Origin: Promethearchaeota archaeon
Lineage (GTDB): Archaea; Asgardarchaeota; Lokiarchaeia; Sigyniarchaeales; SOKP01
Direction: 5' to 3'
NCBI GenBank assembly: GCA_019057795.1
Contig: JAHLWS010000027.1
Location: forward strand, 1-13,934
Length of the DNA: 13,934 bases
The translations under genes were made by a program, and so were the position numbers. Positions 1 to 7,943 of the stretch are shown in pieces. The first letter of the stretch is position 1, and each line of letters begins with the position of its first letter. Under the pieces are notes generated by a model that had not been told where the DNA came from, ran no database searches, and was given only the letters and a program-made list of their open reading frames with translations.

Positions 1-118
1 TCTTTTATTTAGATCTTCTCTTAACCTAACCCATTTATTTCAATTTCGATTATCTTTAAAGAAACCAAGAGATCTTTATCGAATAAATCTAACCACCTAC
101 AAAAAAAGAATTATCAAG

Positions 119-1276
119 TTGTTATCACTTATATATTTAATAATATTTTCGTTATGTTTTATTATTCCTATCTATGCTTTGGTAAATACAGATACCTCAA
201 CTGATTCTAATTCTATTAATATTCATAATTCTTTTAAATCAGTTGGATATACAAAAATAAATGACACATTGTATATGATATGGATTACTGACAACAATAT
301 AAAATTAGGAAGTTATTCATATATAGATGAAATAAGTAACAGTCAAATTCTAATTGAAGCAATTTCTGATACACATTTTTCGACTCCTTATATAGAATAT
401 GACAATAACTCAAAGACTTTTCTTTGGACATATATCTTAGAAAGTTATTATGATAAAATTATAATAAATCAAACTGAAATCTCAGCAATTTTTCAATTAA
501 ATATAGCATCAGTACCTCCGTTAATTTTTAGATCTATTAATGAATATTATTTTACTTTAGATAGAAATCAAGAACCGATTTTTATTTTCAGTCATTTAGA
601 TTTAAATGATATTACAAATGTATCTTCAGCAGGAACCGAGATAGTTTTTTCATATAATTTATCAGACTCGGAAACTTTCCTAAATCAGAGTTCAAATAAT
701 TATAGGATTTGTAGAAATAATTTGGATGAAATATTTTTTCTTTTTAAAAGTAACAATACTTTTTACTATTCTTTAATTAAAGATAAGAACTTTAGTAATC
801 CTCAAACTCTGAGTAATATAATTGCTATACCTGATAATATTGAAAATTTAAATGTCTTTTGTGATTTTTCAAACAATTTTTATTTCTCTTGGATAAAAAA
901 TGAAACAAATATTTATATTACATCTAATAAGACTGGCATTTTTGAAACGCCTATATCATTATTTAATTCAACCATTCCTATTTCTAATCCTATTATTAAA
1001 TATTACAATAATACTAAAGGATTTATGACTTTTTGCGATGAAAATTATCAAATATATTTTTTTGAATTAAATAATTTCAGTATTGAACATAATCGAATTT
1101 TTTCAAATAGTCCTTATGTTTTTCCAAACTTTGAAATTAATAATGATTCTTCAGTAACTTTATTTTGGCAAGAAATATTAAATATGGAGAATACAATTGA
1201 AAAATCTGAGAATAATGTTGTTTTAATTAATTATTTAGGTAATGGGCTATACTCCGATTTATTTTATATTTATTAA
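119..1276 (+). CDS. Hypothetical secreted/cell-surface protein, Asn/Ile/Ser-rich, predicted beta-rich; start uncertain and 3' end possibly disrupted
   Basis: 385-aa ORF with an N-terminal hydrophobic stretch (LSLIYLIIFSLCFIIPIYAL) and many N-x-S/T sequons. The frame is open back to the window start, and a basic n-region (YKKRIIK) lies just upstream of the called TTG, so the true start is probably earlier. Very AT-rich. Confidence 0.65.
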   Translation: MLSLIYLIIFSLCFIIPIYALVNTDTSTDSNSINIHNSFKSVGYTKINDTLYMIWITDNNIKLGSYSYIDEISNSQILIEAISDTHFSTPYIEYDNNSKTFLWTYILESYYDKIIINQTEISAIFQLNIASVPPLIFRSINEYYFTLDRNQEPIFIFSHLDLNDITNVSSAGTEIVFSYNLSDSETFLNQSSNNYRICRNNLDEIFFLFKSNNTFYYSLIKDKNFSNPQTLSNIIAIPDNIENLNVFCDFSNNFYFSWIKNETNIYITSNKTGIFETPISLFNSTIPISNPIIKYYNNTKGFMTFCDENYQIYFFELNNFSIEHNRIFSNSPYVFPNFEINNDSSVTLFWQEILNMENTIEKSENNVVLINYLGNGLYSDLFYIY

Positions 1277-1416
1277 TTATTTAGTTATGATAGCTTCTAA
1301 ATTATGCTTAAAGATATAGCAGAGCAGAGCCGCCTCATTAGATAAAGTAGGAGAAAGTGTATTTAAAGCTCTTTTTAACTATCTTGGATGGAATATAATT
1401 TATCCAAAGTAAAGAT

Positions 1417-2499
1417 TTATTTTTTTCTTTTTATTTTCAAATCTTTTTCAAAAAAGCCGGATGATATTAAATTCTTTTTTTGTTCGTCAAAATGAGTATA
1501 AATTTCAATTGGCTCAATCTTTTTTACTGGGTCAATTATATCTTTTCTATAATTAAGTAATCTCTTGCGAGTTAGATAAATTGAGTATTCGGATATGTCG
1601 CTTCCGATCCATCTTCTATTTAATTTATCGGCAACTAATAAAGTGGTTCCTGAACCACAAAAAAAGTCAGCTACTAAATCACCTTCATTGCTTCCAATTT
1701 TAATTATTCTTTCAAGCAAGTCGTGGTGCTTTTGTGTGGGAAACCCTGTCCACTCCTTAGAAGCAGGTTGCATACATGGTATTTTCCACACATCATCCAT
1801 TTTTTTATCTTTTACAACCCTATAAATAACATGCCCACTTATGTCTTTTGCATTTTTTAAAACGCCATCAACCATTACCCTTTTTAGCTGCTTTATTGGC
1901 TTTTTACGGAGAACTCTGAGCACATTGAAAGTATAATTAGCAGATTTAGAATAAACTAGAATATCATCGTGAGCCCTCGGCAAGTTCTTCTTCCCTGCTG
2001 AATACTTATTGTAGTAATACCAAACTATACTATTGACAAATCGGTTTGCTCCGAAAATTTCGTCTAACAAAACTCGAACGTAATGACTTGCGTGCCAATC
2101 TAAGTGAATAAATAACAACCCATTTATTGATAACAATTCTCTAAATAAAACAATCCTATCACGAAGCATTTGTAAGTAAGAATCAATATCTTTGTCCCAA
2201 TGATCAAAATACGCAATTGAATCGTATTGATTGCCATTTTCTTCGATTTTGATTCTGTAATTCGTTCCTGAAAAAAAGGGGGGATCAACATAAATTAAAT
2301 CGATCTTTCCAGAGAAAACATTCGTTAAATAGTGAAGCACATTGAGGTTTTCCCCCCAAAATAGCATGTTTTTCCAATTATTACCTCGAAAATCTCCAAT
2401 TCCCAAGTCCACGGTTTCAAAATAGTTGAGATATCTTATTTTTAAATCCTTGATATTTTCAGAAATATTTGACTTATTTTCCCAAGTTAGTTTAACCAT
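1417..2499 (-). CDS. Site-specific DNA methyltransferase (N6-A/N4-C, beta class, Mod-like)
   Basis: Catalytic motif IV 'IDLIYVDPPF' precedes SAM-binding motif I 'VADFFCGSGTT' (beta order). Also 'GENL', 'LDEIFG..F.NSIVW', 'FPTQK..LLERII', and a Mod-like N-terminal 'LTWENK'. Confidence 0.93.
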   Translation of the reverse strand: MVKLTWENKSNISENIKDLKIRYLNYFETVDLGIGDFRGNNWKNMLFWGENLNVLHYLTNVFSGKIDLIYVDPPFFSGTNYRIKIEENGNQYDSIAYFDHWDKDIDSYLQMLRDRIVLFRELLSINGLLFIHLDWHASHYVRVLLDEIFGANRFVNSIVWYYYNKYSAGKKNLPRAHDDILVYSKSANYTFNVLRVLRKKPIKQLKRVMVDGVLKNAKDISGHVIYRVVKDKKMDDVWKIPCMQPASKEWTGFPTQKHHDLLERIIKIGSNEGDLVADFFCGSGTTLLVADKLNRRWIGSDISEYSIYLTRKRLLNYRKDIIDPVKKIEPIEIYTHFDEQKKNLISSGFFEKDLKIKRKK

Positions 2500-2529
2500 T
2501 ATCTAATCATTTGACAATTATCTTTCTCT

Positions 2530-3813
2530 TCAGAAGATTGAGAGATTGGATGTAATTATTGTTAAAAAGGTCATCGTGATTAACAGAAAAATAGTTATGA
2601 TGATGTAAAAGACGAGATGAATGACATATACTTTTTTATTTTTATCTTCATTCAATGCTTGAGTTGAATAGAAGATCTTATTTATTATCGCAGCCGATAA
2701 ACCGATGGTTAACATCACTAGTGCATTCCCTTCGTTAATTAAGGATTTAACAAATGCTGTTGCTACAAACAGAGAGGACGCACCGCCGGAAAGAAGCCCG
2801 ATCACAAACACTATAATGTAATAAGCAAGAATATTTATTTCAAAAAAACTTAAAACGATCGATATTATTAAACCAATTAAATAAGTTCCCGAAAAGATTA
2901 AAGCGCTTTTAATTGAGAGGGGGTTTTTGATTTTATCTAAAGTTAATTGAGTTTCTTTTTTTCTTAATACTAAAAATGACCCGATTAACCCAATAGAAGA
3001 TGTAATGAGAATTGGGAACAAGGCATAAAAAAGTAAAGTAGGAGTAATCATTAAAACGATTATCATTCTAATTAGCATAGTCTGAATTACGAGCCAAACA
3101 GCTGAGGATGACGCGCCAGCTTCAGCTAATTCTACAGTTGTAGCTTCACTATGAGCAAAGCCTCCTAAAAAAGAAATATAATATAGATTTTTCTCAGATG
3201 TGCTCCTTAGTATAAAGTAACTAAAATATTTTACAGCTAAAATTATAATGAAAACTAATACTATTGGCTTAATATAAATTTCAAAAACCAGAAAATCGTC
3301 TGGAATTAAAATGTAAAGCAAGACTACGATTGCTATAAATTGAACTGTTCCTGTCCATTCAATATCTTTTAATTTCCTTATTTTATGAAATTGCTTTTTT
3401 GTAGAAAGAATAATTAAGAATATTACGGAAATGGCAATGGCAAGGAGTTCATTGTAATAACACATCGTTCCAACGATCATCGCTAATATCATTGACAGAG
3501 TAGTAGTATAACCCGGATCGTTTTCGCGAAACAATCTATAAACGCTTCCGATCAATAGAAAAACTATCATTCCTCCAAAAAACATTATAATTAACGTAAA
3601 ACCTTCTGATACAGGGAGAAACTTGTCGTGTAATATAATTAAAGATGTAGAAATCATAGAAAAAAAGATGTGATCCCGGGCACCATATTGTGCGCTGACT
3701 CTTGTGCGCTCGATCCCTATAAGAAAACCACAGAAAAAAGATACGATTATTTTAAAAAATAAGATGTAAAATTCATCTGTTGATATTGTTTGTAATAAGA
3801 CTAAGTAAACCAT
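2530..3813 (-). CDS. MgtC/SapB-family membrane protein with DUF4010-like C-terminal region
   Basis: MgtC-type motifs 'GFLIGIER...G.R', 'PGYTT', 'ILSTK..FH', then 'LGGFAHSEATT' and 'NPLSIKSALIF'; multiple TM helices; SD-like GAGGAG upstream. Confidence 0.85.
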   Translation of the reverse strand: MVYLVLLQTISTDEFYILFFKIIVSFFCGFLIGIERTRVSAQYGARDHIFFSMISTSLIILHDKFLPVSEGFTLIIMFFGGMIVFLLIGSVYRLFRENDPGYTTTLSMILAMIVGTMCYYNELLAIAISVIFLIILSTKKQFHKIRKLKDIEWTGTVQFIAIVVLLYILIPDDFLVFEIYIKPIVLVFIIILAVKYFSYFILRSTSEKNLYYISFLGGFAHSEATTVELAEAGASSSAVWLVIQTMLIRMIIVLMITPTLLFYALFPILITSSIGLIGSFLVLRKKETQLTLDKIKNPLSIKSALIFSGTYLIGLIISIVLSFFEINILAYYIIVFVIGLLSGGASSLFVATAFVKSLINEGNALVMLTIGLSAAIINKIFYSTQALNEDKNKKVYVIHLVFYIIITIFLLITMTFLTIITSNLSIF

Positions 3814-3934
3814 TTTTATGATATCTCCTCGAGAATTGATGAAGTAATTACGATTGTTTTAACAATTTCTTGCGAAAATGAATTTTCACAGAGATTATTT
3901 ACCAGAAAAATTAATTGATAAAAGAGATTAGTTT

Positions 3935-4696
3935 TTATTCCTGATGTTTATTTATAATATCTTCTAACTCTTTGTCGGAAAGGAAGCCTTTGAGAGACAT
4001 AAGTTCTTTGATTCCCTCAATAACCTGGGGAGCACCTTTTGATTCTTCAATATAATCCTCTAAAGATTTTACTTTGAGTTCAATCGCCTCTATTTCTTTG
4101 TTTTTTGCTTCAAGTTCATTTTTAGCTTCTATTATTTGATTTTCCTTACTGTTAATCTGGTCTGTCAATTCGTTTTTCAAACTTTCAATCTCAATATATT
4201 TATCTGAAATTGTTTGCTGTAGATCTTTTTTAACGCCCTCGATCTCTCTTTCTTTTTGTTCGTAGTCTTCCTTTAGACTCCCGACTTGCGGTTCTAATTC
4301 CTCTAATTTCTTCGCGGTTGTATCTAATTTGCTTTCGATTTCTCTTATCTTTTCTTTATCAGTTTCTAAATTTTTCTCTAAGCTTGATTTGTTTGATTTC
4401 AAATTATCAATTTCTGTTTTAAGATTGATTTTTTCTTCTTTTATTGCGCCTATTTCGCTTTTAGTTGTAGATAATTCTTGATTTTTTTCAGTTAAACTTT
4501 TTTCTTTTTCTGATAATTTTTCCTTGGTATCATTTATTTCCTTAGATAACTTCTCTATTTTTTGTTGCCTTTGTTTTAGTTTCTGTTCTAAATCATCAAT
4601 TTTTGACCTAAGATCTAATAAAAAACGCCCATCTACGGGTTGCTTCTTATCAGGTTTTTCTTCTGCTTTGACCCAGTCTATTGTAATACTTCTCAC
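3935..4696 (-). CDS. Long coiled-coil protein, paralogue 1 (start is GTG 4696 or more likely ATT 4687)
   Basis: Heptad E/K/L/I-rich body. The N-cap TIDWVKAEEKPDKKQPVDGRFLLDLRSK and C-cap APQVIEGIKELMSLKGFLSDKELE are shared with the adjacent gene. Confidence 0.88.
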   Translation of the reverse strand: MRSITIDWVKAEEKPDKKQPVDGRFLLDLRSKIDDLEQKLKQRQQKIEKLSKEINDTKEKLSEKEKSLTEKNQELSTTKSEIGAIKEEKINLKTEIDNLKSNKSSLEKNLETDKEKIREIESKLDTTAKKLEELEPQVGSLKEDYEQKEREIEGVKKDLQQTISDKYIEIESLKNELTDQINSKENQIIEAKNELEAKNKEIEAIELKVKSLEDYIEESKGAPQVIEGIKELMSLKGFLSDKELEDIINKHQE

Positions 4697-4842
4697 GCCT
4701 TTTTTAATTTTTTTTATTGTATTATTTTATATTAATATTTTTATACTACAAGATATTTAATCTTTTCAAGTTAATATTTTAATCGTATAAATACAACTTT
4801 AAAATAGATTTCAAATTAAAATATTTATAAATTATCAAGGTA

Positions 4843-5505
4843 TTACTCAAATTCTTTAAATATAAGTTCGAGCTCCCTATCAGCAAGAAAGCCTTTGTGC
4901 CTCATTACCTCTCTTATTCGCTCCAAAATTATAGGTGCTGCTTTAACTTCTGCAAGCTGAGTTTCGATCGATTTTATTTTTTTAATCAATTCCTCTGTTT
5001 CTTCTCGATTCTCCTTAATTATTCCTTTTAGGATATCAATTTCGTTCTTTTTTTTTTCCATTTCGGTTTTATGGTTTTCTATCTCTTTATTTTTGAAATT
5101 TAAATTTTGTTCCATATCAGCTACTTTTTCTGACGAAAACCTCAACTCACTTTCTAATCTTACAATATTTTCATTTGCTCTTAACTCTTTTTTTTTAAGT
5201 TCTTCAAGTTCTGGCTTTAATCGTGTTAATTCTATATCAACATTTAATTTATCCTCAGAAACACTGTCTAAATTCTTTTTAGCTGATGAAAACTTTTCAC
5301 TAATTTTAACAAGGCTTTTTTCTCTACCAGTTAATTTATTTTGAGTTTCTTTTAAAATCTCTTTTGTATTTCTTAGATCTTCTTTGTACTTAACTAAGTC
5401 TCTTTCTAATTCATTCATTTTAGCGCGTAAATCTAATAAGACGCTACCTTCTACCTTCTGACCTTTTTGCGGCGCTAATTCAGCACGCTCCCAATCTATG
5501 CTAAC
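4843..5505 (-). CDS. Long coiled-coil protein, paralogue 2 (extended 29 codons beyond the track's ATG 5418; proposed GTT start, 220 aa)
   Basis: In-frame upstream translation (V)SIDWERAELAPQKGQKVEGSVLLDLRAK-MNELE aligns without gaps to the N-cap of paralogue 1. In-frame TAA at 5523-5521; AGGTG at 5517-5513. C-cap APIILERIREVMRHKGFLADRELE. Confidence 0.82.
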   Translation of the reverse strand, partial: VSIDWERAELAPQKGQKVEGSVLLDLRAKMNELERDLVKYKEDLRNTKEILKETQNKLTGREKSLVKISEKFSSAKKNLDSVSEDKLNVDIELTRLKPELEELKKKELRANENIVRLESELRFSSEKVADMEQNLNFKNKEIENHKTEMEKKKNEIDILKGIIKENREETEELIKKIKSIETQLAEVKAAPIILERIREVMRHKGFLADRELELIFKEFE

Positions 5506-5512
5506 TTCCGCC

Positions 5513-5517
5513 CACCT
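5513..5517 (-). promoter_or_regulatory. Shine-Dalgarno-like AGGTG preceding GTT
   Basis: Minus strand AAAAGGTG-GGCGGAA-GTT AGC ATA GAT TGG. Confidence 0.6.
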
Positions 5518-5752
5518 TTTTTATATTTAAAATGTAAATTTTTTTAAGTTTACTTATTCGTATCTTAAGTTTTTAATAAGATTTTTTCTTAATTATTGCG
5601 ACCTTATATATTGTAACTCTCTTTTTCTTTTATAAAACTTTACTATAAATATTAATTATTTATAAAGGTAATTTATCTAATCAATTGGTATTACGATCTA
5701 TTTGAAGTAATAAGGTTTAGAAGTTATTATATAAGTGTACCTGTGAATATTA

Positions 5753-6553
5753 ATGGTAAAAATTAACATTGGCTGTGCTGGTTGGGATTATAAGGACTGG
5801 GTGGATTCTTTTTATCCTAAATCGCTTGAGAAATATAACCGCTTGAAATATTACTCAAAATTTTTCGATTTAATCGAAATAAATACAACTTTTTACAATG
5901 TTCCTAAATATTCGACAGTAAAGAAGTGGAACGGTCGAGTACCAGAAAAATTTAAGTATGTAATAAAAGTATGGCAGAAAATTACTCACGATTTAAAAGT
6001 TCCAAATCTTGCTTCTTTAATTTCTCAATTTTTTTATCAATTATCACCGATACAAGAAAAAACCGTTGCTTATTTATTACAATTTCCACCGTGGTTTAAA
6101 TTTACGGAAAAACACCTCAAACAACTAAATTTTTTAACCAACGAGCTTCCTTCGGGAAATATGTATATCTTTGAATTTCGCGATAATTCGTGGTTCAAAA
6201 AAGAAATAATTACAGAGTTTATAGACGGTACTAAATTTATCTTAGGAACAACGTATAAACCAGGGTTAAAAGCCTACTATTTACCTAACCAGGATAGATA
6301 CTATATTCGCCTCATAGGTGACCGCGAATTAACGGTGTTTAGCCACATTCAGAGAAACCAAGAGGAAAATTTAAGCGATCTTATACAAAAGGTTAACTAT
6401 CTTGAGAAATCGCCTGATATTCGTGAAATCCTCATAATAGTCAATAATCACTTTATGGGGTTTGCCCCTAAATCCGTAAACTTGTTGAAAAAGAGATTTA
6501 ATCTCCCTTTTTATCAATTTAATCAACAAAAAAGATTATCAGATTACTTTTAA
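5753..6553 (+). CDS. DUF72 (YecE-like) domain protein with C-terminal PIP-box-like motif
   Basis: Family motifs IGCAGWDYKDW..FYP, F..IEINTTFY..P, K....ITH, LLQFPPWF, EFR..SW, YIRL.G, NNH..G.AP; ends QKRLSDYF. Confidence 0.93.
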   Translation: MVKINIGCAGWDYKDWVDSFYPKSLEKYNRLKYYSKFFDLIEINTTFYNVPKYSTVKKWNGRVPEKFKYVIKVWQKITHDLKVPNLASLISQFFYQLSPIQEKTVAYLLQFPPWFKFTEKHLKQLNFLTNELPSGNMYIFEFRDNSWFKKEIITEFIDGTKFILGTTYKPGLKAYYLPNQDRYYIRLIGDRELTVFSHIQRNQEENLSDLIQKVNYLEKSPDIREILIIVNNHFMGFAPKSVNLLKKRFNLPFYQFNQQKRLSDYF

Positions 6554-6858
6554 AGTGTATGTAAGGACGATTAAAATAAAATAAAAAATTTTAAAGTAAA
6601 TTCATGAATATACTTAAACCAAATCCCCAGAGTAGAATTCCTTGGACAAAAATTTTTGATGAATATATTTAAAGGTTCTCAATATTTCATCGTTCAGCTG
6701 AACAAAATAAATCCCTGAATTCGATAGTCTTAGAGGCTCTTATCTTCAAAGTTGAGAGAAATTTGCTCTAATCAGTTTCTTTTAAATACTCTCGATTTTT
6801 TAGGTTTTTTTTTTTTCTTAATCTTAAAAAAAATAGCCAACAAACTACTAATACTAAT

Positions 6859-7788
6859 CTATAAAACTTTCAAAGTAGAGTTCTTAGTAAAGACCAACTC
6901 TTTTTCGGAAGTATAGGAGTTTTCCTTGACGACTAAATTGGTTATCGAAACACTGTCCCCGTCGCTTACCAACTTCAAGCACTCGATCGCTTCCATGCCC
7001 CAGATTTTAACCCGTATCGCAAAAGACTCGACTTCTAAAAGTAAAGAGAGTAAGAACGATTTCTCGCCCGATTTTAGCTCCAACTCTTTAAAGTCTTCTA
7101 TTTTAACGGTTCCATTTACCGAACTGACGAACTTGTTTTGCAGGATAAGTTCTTTTAAGCTTTCTTTCGGAACCGTTTTATGACTTCTTTCGCTGGTTTG
7201 CTCGATATTTACTGACTTAAGCTTATCTCTCGTCCTCTGGCTAAGGTTTTTAGGGGAGAGAACTAACTTTCCTTTCCTTCCGAGGTGAACTTCGAGCTCA
7301 TCGGTTTTCCCAGTTTTAGAATAACCCCCAATTACGCGAACGAGTTCGTTTACCCGAAAATACTCGTTTTTCCCCGCCTTCGCGTGGTCGTCCCATAGGA
7401 CTATTTTAACGCTCTCGGTTGAGTCGCCTAACAAGAAAGAGAAAACCGCGCCCATAGAATCGTCTTTTCTCGTAAACTCTCGGCTTTGGAAAACTTCAAG
7501 AATTTTACCTAACAACACAATGTTGGTCATACCTTCTTTAAGTTCCGATGCATCGATCGTGAAATCGTCGTAGTCGATCTCTTCCTCTAGCGCTTCGTAC
7601 AAATGTGGATCGATGTCAGGCGAACGGAGTTGAATACCTTTTTCCTTGGCAATAACGAACAAAATCCCTTGCTTTGACATGAATCCACCGAACTCTTCGG
7701 CTTTGTTTTGAACTTGCTTTTCTAATTCGGCTTCCGAAAAACCAGAATCTAACAATTTTTGGTACAACTCTTCTACTGAATCGCTCAT
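6859..7788 (-). CDS. Replication protein A / ssDNA-binding OB-fold protein with DUF2240-like N-terminal domain
   Basis: N-terminal 'EFGGFMSKQGILFVIAKEKGI'; OB fold 'LKEGMTNIVLLGKIL...REFTRKD...G.V....LGDST..VKIVLWD'; second OB fold with 'IRVKIWG...GDSVSITNL.VKEN.Y..EKEL'. Confidence 0.88.
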   Translation of the reverse strand: MSDSVEELYQKLLDSGFSEAELEKQVQNKAEEFGGFMSKQGILFVIAKEKGIQLRSPDIDPHLYEALEEEIDYDDFTIDASELKEGMTNIVLLGKILEVFQSREFTRKDDSMGAVFSFLLGDSTESVKIVLWDDHAKAGKNEYFRVNELVRVIGGYSKTGKTDELEVHLGRKGKLVLSPKNLSQRTRDKLKSVNIEQTSERSHKTVPKESLKELILQNKFVSSVNGTVKIEDFKELELKSGEKSFLLSLLLEVESFAIRVKIWGMEAIECLKLVSDGDSVSITNLVVKENSYTSEKELVFTKNSTLKVL

Positions 7789-7943
7789 TATCCTGCTACA
7801 AACAATTTTTAACTATTAAGTAAGAAAATAGACTTCGAATATTTAAAGAAAAAATTTTTACATTTGAAAGTTATCGCGAAAAGTGAAGAGATATATATCT
7901 GATGCTTGCATTATTCAACATAAAAATCTCCAAGGTAAAGATC

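Noticed and set aside
1595-1825. 76-aa plus-strand ORF
   Set aside because: Antisense shadow within the methyltransferase gene.
4524-5344. Plus-strand ORFs 4524-4760 and 5093-5344
   Set aside because: F/S/L-rich antisense shadows of the E/K-rich coiled-coil genes.
3935-5418. SMC or chromosome-segregation annotation for the coiled-coil proteins
   Set aside because: No Walker A/B, signature motif or hinge; any similarity would be generic coiled-coil composition.
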